A stretch of DNA of 64,000 nucleotides from Mustelus asterias (taxonomy: Eukaryota). Positions 24,005 through 37,239 of this stretch are shown piece after piece. Each line of letters starts with the position of its first letter. Position 1 is the stretch's first letter. The position numbers and the translations under genes are program-made. A model generated the notes under the pieces. The model worked only from the letters and a program-made list of their open reading frames with translations. It did not search any database and had not been told where the DNA came from. The DNA lies in the NCBI RefSeq assembly GCF_964213995.1, contig NC_135815.1, positions 43,524,001 to 43,588,000 of the forward strand. The letters run 5' to 3'.

Positions 24005-24589
24005 TCTGGTTCATATTCTTCAACCTCTTTACACCAGCAATGCAGCCATTTTGAAAAGGTGTCTATTGCATCCACCTGTATTGGGCCTCCCTTAATTTCT
24101 ATACTATGACCTTACGTGTAAACATAACCCTGATTGCCATTTTAGGTTGAAACTGGTTGGAAGTTCCATTTCACAGGCTCTGATCATTTCCACAGCTAGC
24201 AAAGAAGCTCAAAAAAGGTAAGTGCTGAATTATTTGTCTGAGTCTAGGTGGATCAGTAATGGTTCACAAAGATAACCTTTTACTACCACTGCTCCCAACT
24301 CGAGCCTACAATCTACCTTTGCATGACAAATCTTTAATTGGCTCTTTGTATTTTACCCACACCACCCTGAACACTTCAAACATTCCTAATCTTTTCTATG
24401 TTGTAAATGCACCATCTACAGGCTCTTACCTGACTCTTGCAATCTTAAATGTTTAAAATTTTAAAATTCCATTGGTGTAATCTTATCACTATTTTGTGAT
24501 TTATTCTATCTTCTGCGTTTTTGTTGTATTTTTTATTAGTGTCACAAGTAGGCTTGCATTAACACTGCAATGAAGTTATTGTGAAAATA

Positions 24590-25525
24590 TTGGAGGAAAA
24601 TGTAACTGGATTGATTAGTAAGTTTGCGGACGACACAAAGGTTGGTGGATTTGCGGATAGCGATGAGGACCATCAGAGGATACAGCAGGATATAGATCAG
24701 TTAGAGACTTGGGCGGAGAGATGGCAGATGGAGTTTAATCTGGACAAATGTGAGGTAATGCATTTTGGAAGGTCCAATACAGATAGGAAATATACAGTAA
24801 ATGGCAGAACCCTTAAGAGTATTGATAGGCAAAGGGATCTGGGTGTACAGGTACACAGGTCACTGAAAGTGGCAATGCAGGTGGAGAAGGTAGTCAAGAA
24901 GGCATACGGCATGCTTGCCTTCATCGGCTGGGATATTGAGTTTAAAAATTGGCAAGTCATGTTGCAGCTTTATAGAACCTTAGTTAGGCTGCACTTGGAA
25001 TATAGTGTTCAATTCTGGTCGCCACACTACCAGAAGGATGTGGAGGCTTTGGAGAGGGTACAGAAAAGATTTACCAGGATGTTGCCTGGTATGGAGAGCA
25101 TTAGTTATGAGGAGAGGTTGGAGAAACTTGGTTTGTTCTCACTGGAGCGACGGAGGTTGAGGGGAGATCTGATAGAAGTCTACAAGATTATGAGAGGCAT
25201 GGACAGAGTGGATAGTCAGAAACTTTTTCCCAGGGTGGAAGAGTCAATTACTAAGGGGCATAGGTTTAAGGTGCGAGGGGCAAGGTTTAAAAGAGATGTA
25301 CGAGGCAGATGTTTTACACAGAGAACTCGTTGCTGGGGGAGGCAGTGGAAGCGGATACGGTAGTGACTTTTAAGGGGCGTTTTGACAAGTACATGAATGA
25401 GATGGGAATAGAGGGATATGGTCCCCGGAAGGGTAGGGGGTTTTGGTTAGGTCGGGCAGCATTGTCGGTGCAGGCTTGGAAGGCCGAAGGGCCTGTTTCT
25501 GTGCTGTAATTTTCTTTATTCTTTA
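24590..25525 (+). mobile_element. CR1 LINE 3' portion, inserted in a tail-B SINE (24530-24589 / 25526-25580)
   Basis: ORF 24581-25363 has KFADDTK, WQMEFN and LVRLHLEYSVQFWSP. SINE tail pieces flank both sides. Confidence 0.9.
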
Positions 25526-25792
25526 TCCCCTAGTCGCCTGTTTGGGTACACTGAAGGAGAATTTAACATGGCCAATGCACTTCATGATGATCCTTAACCT
25601 TGGTCATATTTTTCTCAATTGATATCAGAAGAATATAAACAAACTTGGTAGCATGGGAAAGTCGCCCACCATGAGTCACCACCTACAGGAAGGAAGAGAG
25701 AAACTTGAATGTAAAAGTAAACCTGCACGAAACAATCAAATTAAAAACCGGAATTAATTATGGATTTGGTAATGGCAGATTACCTTCTAAAA

Positions 25793-26198
25793 TGGCACAG
25801 TGGTTAGTACTGCTGCCTCACAGTGCCAGGAACCCAGGTTCGATTCTGCCATCGGGCCACTGTCTGTGTAGATTATCTTCTAATTTGGCACAGTGGTTAG
25901 CGCTGCTGCCTCACAGTGCCGGGGTCTGGGTTCGATTCTGTGTTAGGTCACTGTCTGTATGGAGTTTGTACATGCTCCCCGTGTCTGGGTGGGTTTTCTC
26001 TGGATGCTCCGGTTCCCTCCCACACTCCAAAGATGTGTGGGTTAGGTTGATTGACCATGCTAAGTTACCCCACAGTGTCAGGGGGATAATCAGGGTAAAT
26101 GTGGGGTTACAGGGATAGAGCCTGGGTGAGATTGTTGTCGGTGCAGGCTCAATTAGCTGAATGGCCTCCTTCTGCACTGTAGGGGTCTATGATTCTAT
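25793..26198 (+). mobile_element. HE1-like V-SINE with duplicated head and flank
   Basis: Two heads (25793, 25886), each preceded by AGATTA(C/T)CTTCTAA. Tail A at 26180-26198. Confidence 0.8.
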
Positions 26199-26479
26199 AA
26201 TTTAGAGAACAAACAATCGTGAGAAAGGTGTGAGTTAATGAAAAAAAGGCCCTTGATCTTTCGCTACAGAACTCCCAGTGCAGAGGTAAAGGAATTGTGG
26301 AATCACCGGTTAGACTTATTTTCATTAACCTACCTTTGAACATAATTTTTTTTCTATTTACACCAGGCTGCTTCACATAAAAGAAGTAATTCCTTATCAC
26401 GCACTATGCTATGCAAAAAATTTCAGTCTTAAATTGAACATCTATAAATATTTGTTTCATTTTGTCTGAAGTCTTCGGA

Positions 26480-26735
26480 GAAGTTTATTTATTAGTGTCA
26501 TGAGTAGGTTTACATTAGCACTGCAATGAAGTCACTGTGAAACTCTGGCACCCTGTTTGGGTACACTGAGGGAGAATTTAGCATGGTTGTTGCACTTAAC
26601 CAGCATATCATTATGACTGTGGAATGAAACCCACGCAGATGTGGGGAGAACGTGCCAACTCCGCACAGACAGTGACCCAAGCCGAGATTCGAACCCGGGT
26701 CCCTGGCGCTGTTAGGCAACAGTGCTAACCACAGT
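26480..26735 (-). mobile_element. HE1-like V-SINE (tail B)
   Basis: Head at 26690-26735 and TTTATTTATTAGTGTCA tail on the + strand. Confidence 0.8.
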
Positions 26736-27722
26736 GAAGCTGTGCTCCCCCGCACCCCCCCTCCAGCCAAGTGGTCACAAGGTAAGGTGCTACTCTACGG
26801 CTTACCCCTTCACCGAGTTTTTTCAGTATAAAAATGCTGGTTAACAGATAAGAAACATTGCCATAAGGAACAAGAAATAAAGGACATATACTTATGTGCA
26901 GTATATAGCAAAGCAGCAGTTGTGCACAATAATGTCATCAGTGCCCTGGGTCAATGTGAGCGCTTTATCGCCACTGGTTTTTATCATTTCTGGGGACATT
27001 TAAAGTATTTTGTCCAAGTCACTTCATTAAGATCGCTGCCTGTTAGTTGAACCAAAATTTGCCTGCGGAGGAAGAAAATGAATAAGGCCCAGGCTTGGAA
27101 ACGTCTATGGCTTCATTCTTCCTCCAGGTTGCTCAGGGCAACAAGTTGTGGGTGCAGTGGGAATTGCAGTAGGTGGTGCTATTTCCACCAGGTTCACCTT
27201 CTTGCTAATGCTAGACCACCAATGAAGTGAATGAAAGTTCTGTCCATCCTCAACTCCCAGGGAATTCACATGCATTGATCTTTGGATTAAAGGCCTGACG
27301 TTTCATTGCACTGGCTGGTTCTCTCCTGTATTTTTATGCCTGGATTCTGCTTCAGGCTTCTGAGGAAATTCAAAGCCCTACTTTGGGGAATTTCAATTGG
27401 TGTGTCAGGAGAAATTCACACATTCATTACAGGGCTGTATTGTTCCCTGCACTAAACTTCTTCCTGCAACACTTTGGCATTCTTCAGAGCTCTGCACATG
27501 GAATTACAGAGAACATACAGCAGCTTTGCTCCAAAAACTGTGCAGGCATACAAGAATCAGCAGAACACCATGGGACAAGAGAGTGGCCTGTGCGACAGCC
27601 CTCCCAGGAACAAGGTCAAAGTATTGATGTAACTTTGCTTGCAAACTCTGTGTCTGGCACCATTGTGATTATGAGCTCCAGCTTACAGGATGCTTTTATT
27701 TCAGGTCTCCAGAGAAGACCTT

Positions 27723-27860
27723 GGCTGGGATTAATGGTCCCCATCTGCCCCGGGAGTGGAAATTTCTGCCCAAGGTTAATGGACCTTTCGCTGGTCCGTC
27801 AAATTATCCATTCCACCTGCAACGATTCCCATGATGGGCGGGACCAGCAGATTTATGCCC
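27723..27860. mobile_element. Short Harbinger-type MITE
   Basis: GGCTGGGATT...ATTTATGCCC ends. Internal AAGGTTAATGGACCTTT is the reverse complement of the core of 46794-46920. Confidence 0.5.
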
Positions 27861-28484
27861 TTGACTGTGGGCTTCATGCTCTATTAGCTGTGACCAAGGA
27901 TCAGTCCCAGTAAAGATCCCTGATAAAGGTTAAAGAGCAGCCAGTGGTTGATGTATGAAAGAAGGAAGAGAAATGAGGACTAGGTCACTCATGGTGATGA
28001 CATGTCCATTCCTCCCAGCTGGTTCTTTTGGAGGGCTGAACAATAATTAGGGGCAAGAGAAGATGGCATGGGTACTGAGGGAGATTGTTGCATAAAAAGA
28101 TGACGGGTGGGATTTTCCTCCACCTCCATGGTGCGTTTCATGGCAGTGGGAGGCAGTCTGCCGCTCACTGGTGGCAAGGTCTTATGGTCTCACTGTTGCC
28201 AACAGGGTTCATTAAATCCCTACAGTGCAGAAGGAGGCCATTCGGCCCATTGAGTCTACACCGACCTTCTGATGAGCATCCCACCCAGGTCCAAACCCTT
28301 ACCCCAATCCCAGAAACCAGCGCATCCACCATGGCAAATCCACTTAACTTACACACTAGGGGAAATTTAGCATGGCCAATCCACCTAACCTGCACATCTT
28401 TGGGTTTCCATTTGAACACATCCCTCGCTGCTGGGAAACCCATGGACCATAAGATTCTGCTGATGTAAATGCCAGCAAGATATT

Positions 28485-28835
28485 GGCAAATGTCACTGGA
28501 CTAATAACCCAGAGGCCCAAGCTAATGCTCTGGAGACATGGGTGCAAATGGCAACTGGTGGAATTTGAGTTCAACTAATAATTCTAGAATTGAAAGCTAG
28601 TCTCAGTAATGATGACCATGAAACTATCAGTGGTTATCATTAAAATCCATCTGGTTCACTAATGTCCTTTAGAGATGGACATTCTTACCTGGTCTGGCCG
28701 ACATGTAACTCCAGCAATGTGGATGACTTTTAGCTGCCCCCTGAAATGGCCTAGTAAACTATTCAGTTCAAGGGAATTAGGGATGAGTAACAAATAATGG
28801 TATTGCCAGTGACATCTGTATTCCATGAAAAAAAT
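28485..28835 (+). mobile_element. SacSINE1/DeuSINE-like SINE
   Basis: Same core and tail as 43515-43862. Confidence 0.65.
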
Positions 28836-29094
28836 AACTAAAGATGGTGATAGTTTTATCAGATTTATTTCGTGATGCAGAAGAAACAAGGAATTCCTGA
28901 CAAGCACTTAGGTAGTAAACACTGATGAATGCAATAGAGCAATAAACTTGAACGTACCTTCTTTGGAACGATTAAGGATGATCTTTTTGGACAGCAGGAA
29001 CATAACTCTACTATTAGGCACATTATGGGGAATTGTAGAAAAGGTAAGACGCATTTTCCATCATGTTGATACAGAGCCATATGACAGTGAAGAT

Positions 29095-31085
29095 CGTCAG
29101 GCTACGGTGGATGAATTATACAGGTATTTTGCATCTGTTGTCACTATAGTAGACACAAATAACATCCCAGAATAGCTGTAAATCAGGAAATGGATAGGAG
29201 GGATGAACTCAGGAAAATTACAATCACCCAGGAAATGTTGGATCTGCAGACTGACAAATCCTCTGGTCCACATGGGCTTCACTCTAAGGTGTTGAAAGAA
29301 GTGCCTAATGAAATAGTTGATGCATTAGATTTCATTTTCCAAACTTCCGTGGATTTGGGAAAGGCTCCATTAGATTGGAAGATAGCAAATGTTACTTAAA
29401 AAGGGAGGGTGACAGACAGCAGGAAACTGCACGGCAGTGAGCTTAACATCCATCGCAGAGAAAATGCTGAGGATGTGATAGTCGGGCACTTGAAAAATTC
29501 AAGGCAATCCGGCAGATTCAACATAGTTTTGTGAAAGGGAAAGAATGTTTATCCAATTTATTGAAGTTCTTTGGGTGAAAGGAGAAATATGCCCTGTAGA
29601 TAAAGGGGAACTGGCGGATGTATTGTATTTAGATTTCCAGAAGGCACTTGATAAGGTGCCACATCAATGGTTACTGCATAAAGTAAAAGCTCATGATGTA
29701 GGGGGGAAAAAGATGGCATGGATTGAAGATTGACTAGTGAACAGGAAACAGGAGAGTTGGCATAAATGGGTCTTTTTTTGATTGGCAGGGTGTGATGAGT
29801 GGTGTGCCACAGGGATCAATGCTGGGACCTCAACTTTTTACAATTTATATAAATCACTTGGATGAAGGGACTGAAGGTATGTATGTTAAATTTACTGATG
29901 ACACAAAGATAGGAAGGGAAATTAATTGTGAAGAAGTCATAAGGAGGCCACAAAGGGACATTGAGAGATTAAGTGAGTAGACAAAATCTGGCAAATGGAG
30001 TATAATGTGGCCAACTGTGAAATTGTTCATTTTGGCAGGAAGAATAAAACAAAAAACCTTATTATCTAAATGGTGAGAGATTGCAGAATTCGGAGATGCA
30101 AAGGGTGCCCTAGTACATCAATTAGAAAAGGCGAGTATACTAATACAGGATGTAATGTTCAAAGTTTATTTATTAGTGTCACAAGTAGGTTTACATTAAC
30201 ACTGCAATTAAGTTACTCTGAAACCCTTAGTCACCACACTCCGGCGCCTGTTCGGGTACACTGAGGGAGAATTTAGCCAATGCACCTAACCAGCATGTCT
30301 TCAGGACTGTAGGAGGAAACCAGAGCACCCGGAGGAAACCCACACAGACACAGGGAGAACATACAGACTCCGCACAGACAGTGACCCAAGCCGAGAATCG
30401 AACCCGGATCCCTGGCGCTGTGAGGCAGCAGTGCTAACCACTAATGAGGAAAGCTAATAGAACATTATCATTTAGTGTGAGGGAAATTGATTACAAAAAT
30501 TAGGGAGGTGATGCTTCAGTTCTACAGGGCATTGGCGAGACCACATCTAGAGTATCATGCACAGCATTAGTCTCCTTATTTAAGGCAAGATGTAAGTGAA
30601 TTCGAAGCAGCTTTGAGATGGTTTACCAGACTAAGGCTAGGAATGGGCAGGTTGTCTTGTGAGGAACAGTTGGACAGGTTAAGTTTGTATCCACTAGAGT
30701 TTATCAGAGTAAGAGGCAACTTGAAACTCTAAGACTCTGAAGGGTCTTGACAAGGTGGATGTGGAGAAGATGTTTCTCCCTCTTGTGGGAGAATCTAGAA
30801 CTGGGGGTCACTATTTAAAAATAAGAGTCACACATTTAAGGCCGAGGGTCGTGAGTCTCTGGACTCTCTTCCTCAAAAGGTGATGGAAGCAGGGTCTTTG
30901 AATATTTTTAAGGCAGAGTCAAATAGATGCTTGATTAACAAGGGGTGGGGGGAGCGGGGAGGTGGGCCAAAGGTCATCAGTAGGCAGGAATATAGGGTTG
31001 AAGTTACAATCAGATCAACAATGATGTTATTAAATGGTGGAGCAGGCTTGAAGGGCCAAGTGGCCTACTCCTGCTCCTAATCCAT
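29095..31085 (+). mobile_element. Old CR1 LINE interrupted by a tail-B SINE (30160-30442, minus)
   Basis: DFQKALDKVPH, GVPQGSMLGPQLF and KFTDDTK, with many stops and frameshifts. Confidence 0.85.
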
Positions 31086-31599
31086 GCGTTCGCATGTACA
31101 TACATTTGTAGGGCTGTCATGTAGGGGGCTTCAGGCAGCTTTAATGGAAAGTCACTCCATCATGCACCAGTTTGCCTGATTGTTTATTAACCTAGACCAG
31201 TTCTCCTTCCTCTTCCCCTGCACCCCCCTTTCCTCTTACTCGGCAGCCAAGTGGTCCAGCCCTTCTGGCTGCATGGGTCTCAGTCTATGAATAGCAAAGC
31301 TGTGCAGAACACTGCAAACACAAATGATTCGGATACTTTCTTAGAGCTGTAGCTCAGTGTCCCACTATCTAACATTTGGAAGAATTGTTTTCAAATACTG
31401 AGCCATGTCTCACCAGAATGGAGGCAGAGGCATGGAACTCATGATAAATTAAGGCATGGTCAGGGAGGGTTCGAGTGAGGGGAAATTTACAAAGTTAAAC
31501 AGAAAGGACATGGCAATCATGCAGAATAACATTATCGATGATGATAACTGGAATATAATAGGAAGGGGCAGAGCACAAAAACAGATGAGTACACAAGCA

Positions 31600-32325
31600 A
31601 ATAAGGTGAGAGTAGGGAAAATTGAGAGCACAAATAGTATTAAATGGGTATGACATGGTAACCATTACAGAGACATTGTTATTAGGTGACGAAGACTTGG
31701 TACTGAATATTCAAGAGTATTTGACATTTTGAAACAAAAACGAGGTGGGGTAGCTCTGTTAATAAAGGATAAAATAATTATAGTAGTGAGAAATGATCTT
31801 CACTTCAAGATGTAGAATCAGTTTCTGTGATCAAGATGTAGAATCAGCTTCTGTGAAGATAAGAAATATCAAAGGAAAGAAGCGATTGGTGGGAGTAGGT
31901 GATTGCCCCCCCCCACCCCCTCTATCTGTAGCCACACTGTAGGACAGATTAGAAATCAAGAAATGATGTGGCCTTAGAAAAAAAGTTACTGCAATAATTG
32001 TGGGTGATCTTGATCTTCACATGGATAGGATGAATCAAGTGCCAAAGATTACCTTGGGGATGAAGGAGTTCATAGAGTGTATTAGGGCAGTTTCTCAGAT
32101 TGATACATTGTGGAACCAACCAGGGAACAGGCTATTTTACACCTGGTAATGTGCAATGAGGTAGAATTAATTAATGATCTCATAGCAAAAGACCCTTTAG
32201 GGAAGACTACTCACAACATGATGGAATTTCACATTCAGTTTGAGGGTGAGAAAATTGGGTCTGAAACTACTGTCTTAAATATAAGTAAAGACAATAGCAA
32301 AGGTATAAAGGCAGGGCTGGATGGA
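31600..32325 (+). mobile_element. Old CR1 LINE endonuclease-domain fragment
   Basis: GGVALLIKD-like and EPTREQAILHLVMCNE...DPLG..HNMMEF motifs. Confidence 0.7.
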
Positions 32326-33239
32326 GTAAAGCTCCGTGTGGCAGGATGTGCAGTGCATGCACGAGGTGCGGGATGTCCCATGCAGTGGCACCAGCTCTGT
32401 AGCAACACAGGGAGAGGAACTACTGTCACGGACAGGTCTATTTCATGCATAGCAAATTGGTGGCTAGAGGGGATGTCAGCTGTGCCCCAGTACCACCTTG
32501 TTTAGCCAGTTGGACACCACACCAAGGGCTGAGCAATGGGAACAGCAGGCTGAGGTATTGATGCATTTTAAAGGAATCTCACCATCCTCTCATTCCTTTC
32601 GCCCCTCAGCCAGATGCACCATCTGCCAGTTAGGTCCAAGAGAGGGTAGCTGACCCTGCAGTGGTGTAGTCGCAGGGAGGGTGGTCCGGGTGGGTCCCTG
32701 CACAATGAGGTCAACCACCATGATCTTCACAGCCATAGAGCAGCCAGCCTCCACCTCCTCTGAGACAACAAGGGAACAGGGTCTGAGAGAGGAGGACACC
32801 AAGATGGTTAGTTCTCTAATTTGGTCACTGTGGATTTGATAAGTTATGTACAGTATGATACCAGACTTGTGTAAAGTTAGACAAAAACTATTAGCTGTGC
32901 AAAATGTTAAGCATTTATAATATATTTACAGAATATTAGACTTGTAATGCAGTCAAAAATCTTTTAATGTCTCACCCACTACTTGAGCTGTGCATCCAGT
33001 TGGCCTTCACCAATCTTCATGTGTGTTTTCTCACAGATCGCTACCAATATCCTTCTCATTGTGCCTCAAGTACTCTCTCTCTCTGCCTTCCAGGTCAGAC
33101 TTTGCACTCATGCGAGCTTCCTGTCCTGTGATGTGCTGTTGTAAGAGAAGGTCTCTGGCCACAGTGGCATCCTGCCTGGGCTCCTTATTGCCTCGACGGT
33201 AACATTGTCTCAGGGCTCCTCTTCTGGGCTTTCACCCTC

Positions 33240-34600
33240 ACTCTCTTCCTCTGCGTGGAATTCTTCCACCACCACCCCCTGCAGGTCTGGTGAGATGTTT
33301 CCTTCCGAGGCCTCCTCTTGAGTGCAGTACCAAATCCCTTCTCAGCATCAAGTTATGGAGCATGCAGTAGACTAGAATGACTCTGGATCCTCTGAGATGG
33401 GGGTGACCGAGGCTTGAACATCTGTAGTAGGCTAATGGTCTGTTCAATTAGTGTCCTTGTGCAAAGTTGGCTCCTATTGCAGTTTCTTGCAATTGGGTTC
33501 ATGGTTGGGATGGTACAGTGACACAGTAGTTAGCACTGCTGCCTCATAGCACCAAGGACCTGGGTCCGAGTCTGGCCTTGGGTGACTGTCCATGTGGAGT
33601 TTGCATGTTCTCCCTGTGTCTGCGTGTGTTTCCTCCAGTTTACTCCTACAGTCCAAAGATGTGCAGGTTAGGTGAATTAACCATGCTAAATTCCCCCCTG
33701 GTGTCCAAAGAAGGGTAAGTTAGATGGATTAGCTATGGTAAATGCATGGGATGACGGGATAAGGTGGAGGGGAAGGTCTTGGTAGATGCTCTTTCGGAGA
33801 GTTGGTTCAGACTCAATGGGCCAAATATTTGCACTGTAGAGATTCAATGGTTCGCAGAGGAGTGTGAGGCACCACATTTTATCTCTGAGTATCCATCCAT
33901 GCACTTGGGGGGGTAGCATTCATCCCAGCCCAGATTCCCTTAGGATGAATGAACTGTGGCAACTGCCAGGGCAGTAAGTACACACATGCAAAAACTTTGT
34001 GGTGGGTCATGGAGGAGTTGAACATTTGAAGAGTGGTGCCCCTTTCAGTTAACATAGCTCTCTGATTTTTTGCATTGGTGCACTAACAACCATGTGCATA
34101 CAATCAGGAATACCCGGCGCCTGGAGAAAGGATTCCCTCTGTGTCTGTAGAAGCACTGTGTGTCTGAAATGAGATAAACTGCCCCACCCTGGCATAAAGG
34201 GCAATGGTGACTTGATGATTGAATCTATGTGCTGCTGACTGTGAAATTCCACAGAGTTTGTCTGCGGAGCCCAGGAAGGACCCTCTTCTGTGAAAAAACT
34301 GAGGCTCCGAGCTACCTCCAAGGTCAAGGGTTTGACTCTGGTGTCTCCTTGGCTGCAAAAGGATGTTGGGACAAATGTAGCCTCCCCGATATTGTCTCTG
34401 AGTCATGTTCGGTTAAATTACCCTCTTCCTGAATACCCTTTCATTCTTTGACTCCTTCTTGCAGGCTTTATGTGCCTTGGTTCCTCCTGCCCTTGGACCC
34501 ATGTGCGTGGAGAATGAAGCATTTCAGGCTGCTGCATCTGTGCCTCTGTGTACTGAAGGTGGTCTGGTGCTGCCCCCATGACAAAATGGTAAAGGCAGAA
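33240..34600 (-). pseudogene. Second, older Harbinger transposase remnant (interrupted by a SINE at 33510-33850)
   Basis: GSFLGSADKLCGISQSAAHRFNHQVTIALYARVGQFISF, GIPDCMHM, and RC...YCMLHNL, homologous to motifs at 17452-18170. Confidence 0.75.
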
Positions 34601-35151
34601 CCTGAAAGCAGAAGAGCCTGACACTGCATAGAGGTCAGTCATTGGCAGGTCTGTAGCTGTGCTGTGTGTGGCCTGCAGTGACTCCTCCTTTCCCTGGCTG
34701 AGAATCACTTAGCCTGCAAGCAGATTCTATCATTTAAAAGTTGAGAAATATGCTGGAAAAATGTGAGGCTGATCCACTCATGACTGGCAAATGGCACAGG
34801 ATACCGCTGCTTGCTCGGAAAGCAAAAATCCCAGTCATCTATGAGTTGGGTCCACATTTTGGAAAGCGTATCATGAGCCCAGGAGGATAACCTGGCCCAT
34901 TGTTTGAAGGGGGTAGTTCCATCTTCCATTCACAACACTGTCCTAACTCACCTTACTGAACACAGATGCAATGCATGTTATGATATTTAATGATGAACTG
35001 TAAATGTGCAAACACATTTTAATTTCCTTTTAAGCTCTTCACACTTCCTTTCCACAATCCATGCAGCTGGTGTAAAATCCAACAGTTGCTCACCTCCATG
35101 AAAATTAAATATCCTACCTGGCTCTCAATCAGCCTAACAACACTATCAGTT

Positions 35152-35396
35152 TGTGGTGGACCTCAGTTGTGCCTTTGTCCTATATGGACCACCGTTGTGT
35201 GTGTTTGTCATACCTGGACACACCCCCTTCCAGTTTGGTTCCTCCCCTCGGCACCAAGTATAAAGGTGGCTGTCTCCTCCCCCTTGTTCAGTCCAGGTCG
35301 GTTATTTGTTGGGATCTGCTCCTGATTCTGTTGTGAATAAAAGCCTACACTTGTATTGGCACACAGGTAGTCTTTCGCCTTATTGATAGCGCATCA
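35152..35396 (+). mobile_element. Solo LTR
   Basis: TG...CA termini, 5-bp TSD CAGTT (35147-35151, 35397-35401), TATAAA near 35259, AATAAA near 35336. Confidence 0.8.
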
Positions 35397-35639
35397 CAGT
35401 TATTCCCTTCAGAGGAGCAGGCAGGTTCTGGGGCCTGCTCCAGAAAATGGCCGCTGGCAGAAAAGGATGCCAGGATTCAGGCCTGCCTGCTCAGTGGCCA
35501 TTTTCTATCCAGTCCTGCCTCCATTTGGTCCAGATTTGCACCATAAAAATCCAGCTTAAAGACTCGACAAATGGGATGTACTTCGGTTAAGTGAGTGGGC
35601 AAAGATTTAGGGAACTGGGAGCTAATCCATCTACAGTTG

Positions 35640-35860
35640 TTTTAACAATGACTTTCCCTCCAAGAAGTGGGCTATCTGCTGATGACTGCAGAATGTTTGA
35701 TACCATTTGCGAATCCTCAGATACTGAAGCAGTTCATGTCCATATGCAGCAAGATATGAACAACATTCAGATTTGACTTGATAAATGGCAAATAATAACC
35801 ATGCTGCACAAATACCAGACAATAAGCATCTCCAACAAGAGAGAACCCAACCATTTCCTT
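35640..35860 (+). mobile_element. CR1/L2-group LINE RT fragment (same family as 56090-58452)
   Basis: SADDCRMFDTICESSDTEAV..MQQDMNNIQ, followed by KYQTISISNKREPNH. Confidence 0.65.
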
Positions 35861-35980
35861 CAGCATAAGAGTGCTTGGCTATCTCCATGGAAAGGGTCGT
35901 GTGTGCCTTGGTACCAGGTTCAGCAGGACACACAATGGTTGCTGAGTATGTGCTCAGACCTGCACTCCATCAATCTAGAC

Positions 35981-36059
35981 CAGCGGTCTCCAAACTCCGA
36001 TCCGAAGCGGCCCACTGCGGGCCGGATGTGGCCCGCGGGCCGTAGTTTGGAGACCCCTG
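35981..36059. mobile_element. 79-bp hAT (Charlie-like) MITE
   Basis: TIRs CAGCGGTCTCCAAACT / AGTTTGGAGACCCCTG (15/16). 8-bp TSD ATCTAGAC / ATCTACAC. CpG-rich interior. Confidence 0.85.
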
Positions 36060-37239
36060 ATCTACACAGAGGTGCACTGTAGAAGTGGCTAGGTGAGAAA
36101 GTGATGAGGAACCTACCAGTAGCCTCAAGGAGTTAGGGAGATGCCATCAAGCATCCACAGGGAGGAGGAGTACCAGCAAAGCACCCTGGAGCCTTCATCT
36201 CAGGACACTCCAAGTGTGCCCTGTCTTTCCACAACTCTTCACAAGTGACCACATTGCTTCCAGCAGATTAGACCCAAGAGCTTGTATCTGTGCAGGAGAC
36301 CCTCAGCAGGCTGAAGCCTTCTAGGCCCCAGGCTACAAGAGCATGGCTGCCATTGTCATTGCAGTCAACAAGTCAGCAGTCTGCCTCTTTGGCTGTCGGG
36401 GCTGCTCCCAGGCATAGCGATAGGAAAAGAAAAGTAAAGAAATATTGAAGACACATAGGTGGCATGGATGTACAATCACTGTATATGTGAGTCACAGTTC
36501 TAAATCTATGTCCACATGCATGGTTGTTAAGTTTGATGTATTCTCAACATGCCGTTAGTAAGTGAAATAGTCGCTGGGAGTTAAGGGAGTTGCCCTTCAT
36601 TTCCCATCAGATTCCGTTGATGAGGTTCCATCGGGATACCATACATTGTCCCACATCATCAGCAGCATAATCACTGACCTCCCGACATAATGATGTTTAG
36701 GCCTTGGCGATCATTCTTCAATGTGGGGCTCAGGCAAGCATTAGACAACTAATCTACTCACCTGCTTTTAGCCCTCCAAGAATACTGTCTGCGCAGCGTT
36801 TGCAGCCAACTCATTGCATATCCTGCTAATGACCTGCTGTGAGATTTGAGGAAGGTACCAAGAGACCTCAAGGGGAGTTAGACAGTCTGAGTTAGACAGG
36901 AACGTGGCAGATGAGGTCTAAGGTGTGAGGGTCTCCACTGTGCTCACAACAACAGAAAGGCAGTCTTTCCTAGCTCTTGGGATAATGGTAAGTGCCAATG
37001 GCCAAACAGACCCGGTTGATCCTGTTCACGAATAACTGCAAGCTAACATGCAAGTGCAGCCAGCAATTGTGGAGGCATCTGGAAAGTTGGCTTTTATTGC
37101 AAGAGGAATTGAGTACAAAATCTAAATCTGGACATCCACAACCAGATCCTTTAAACACATCGCTCTCCCACAGTCACTTCCCAGAAAGGCCCTTCTCTAC
37201 CCAACAGCAGGGCAAAGGCACTCATGGCATGCTTACCCT

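Noticed and set aside
31806-31857. 26-bp tandem duplication TCAAGATGTAGAATCAG(T/C)TTCTGTGA
   Set aside because: Simple slippage duplication inside a dead CR1, with no functional implication.
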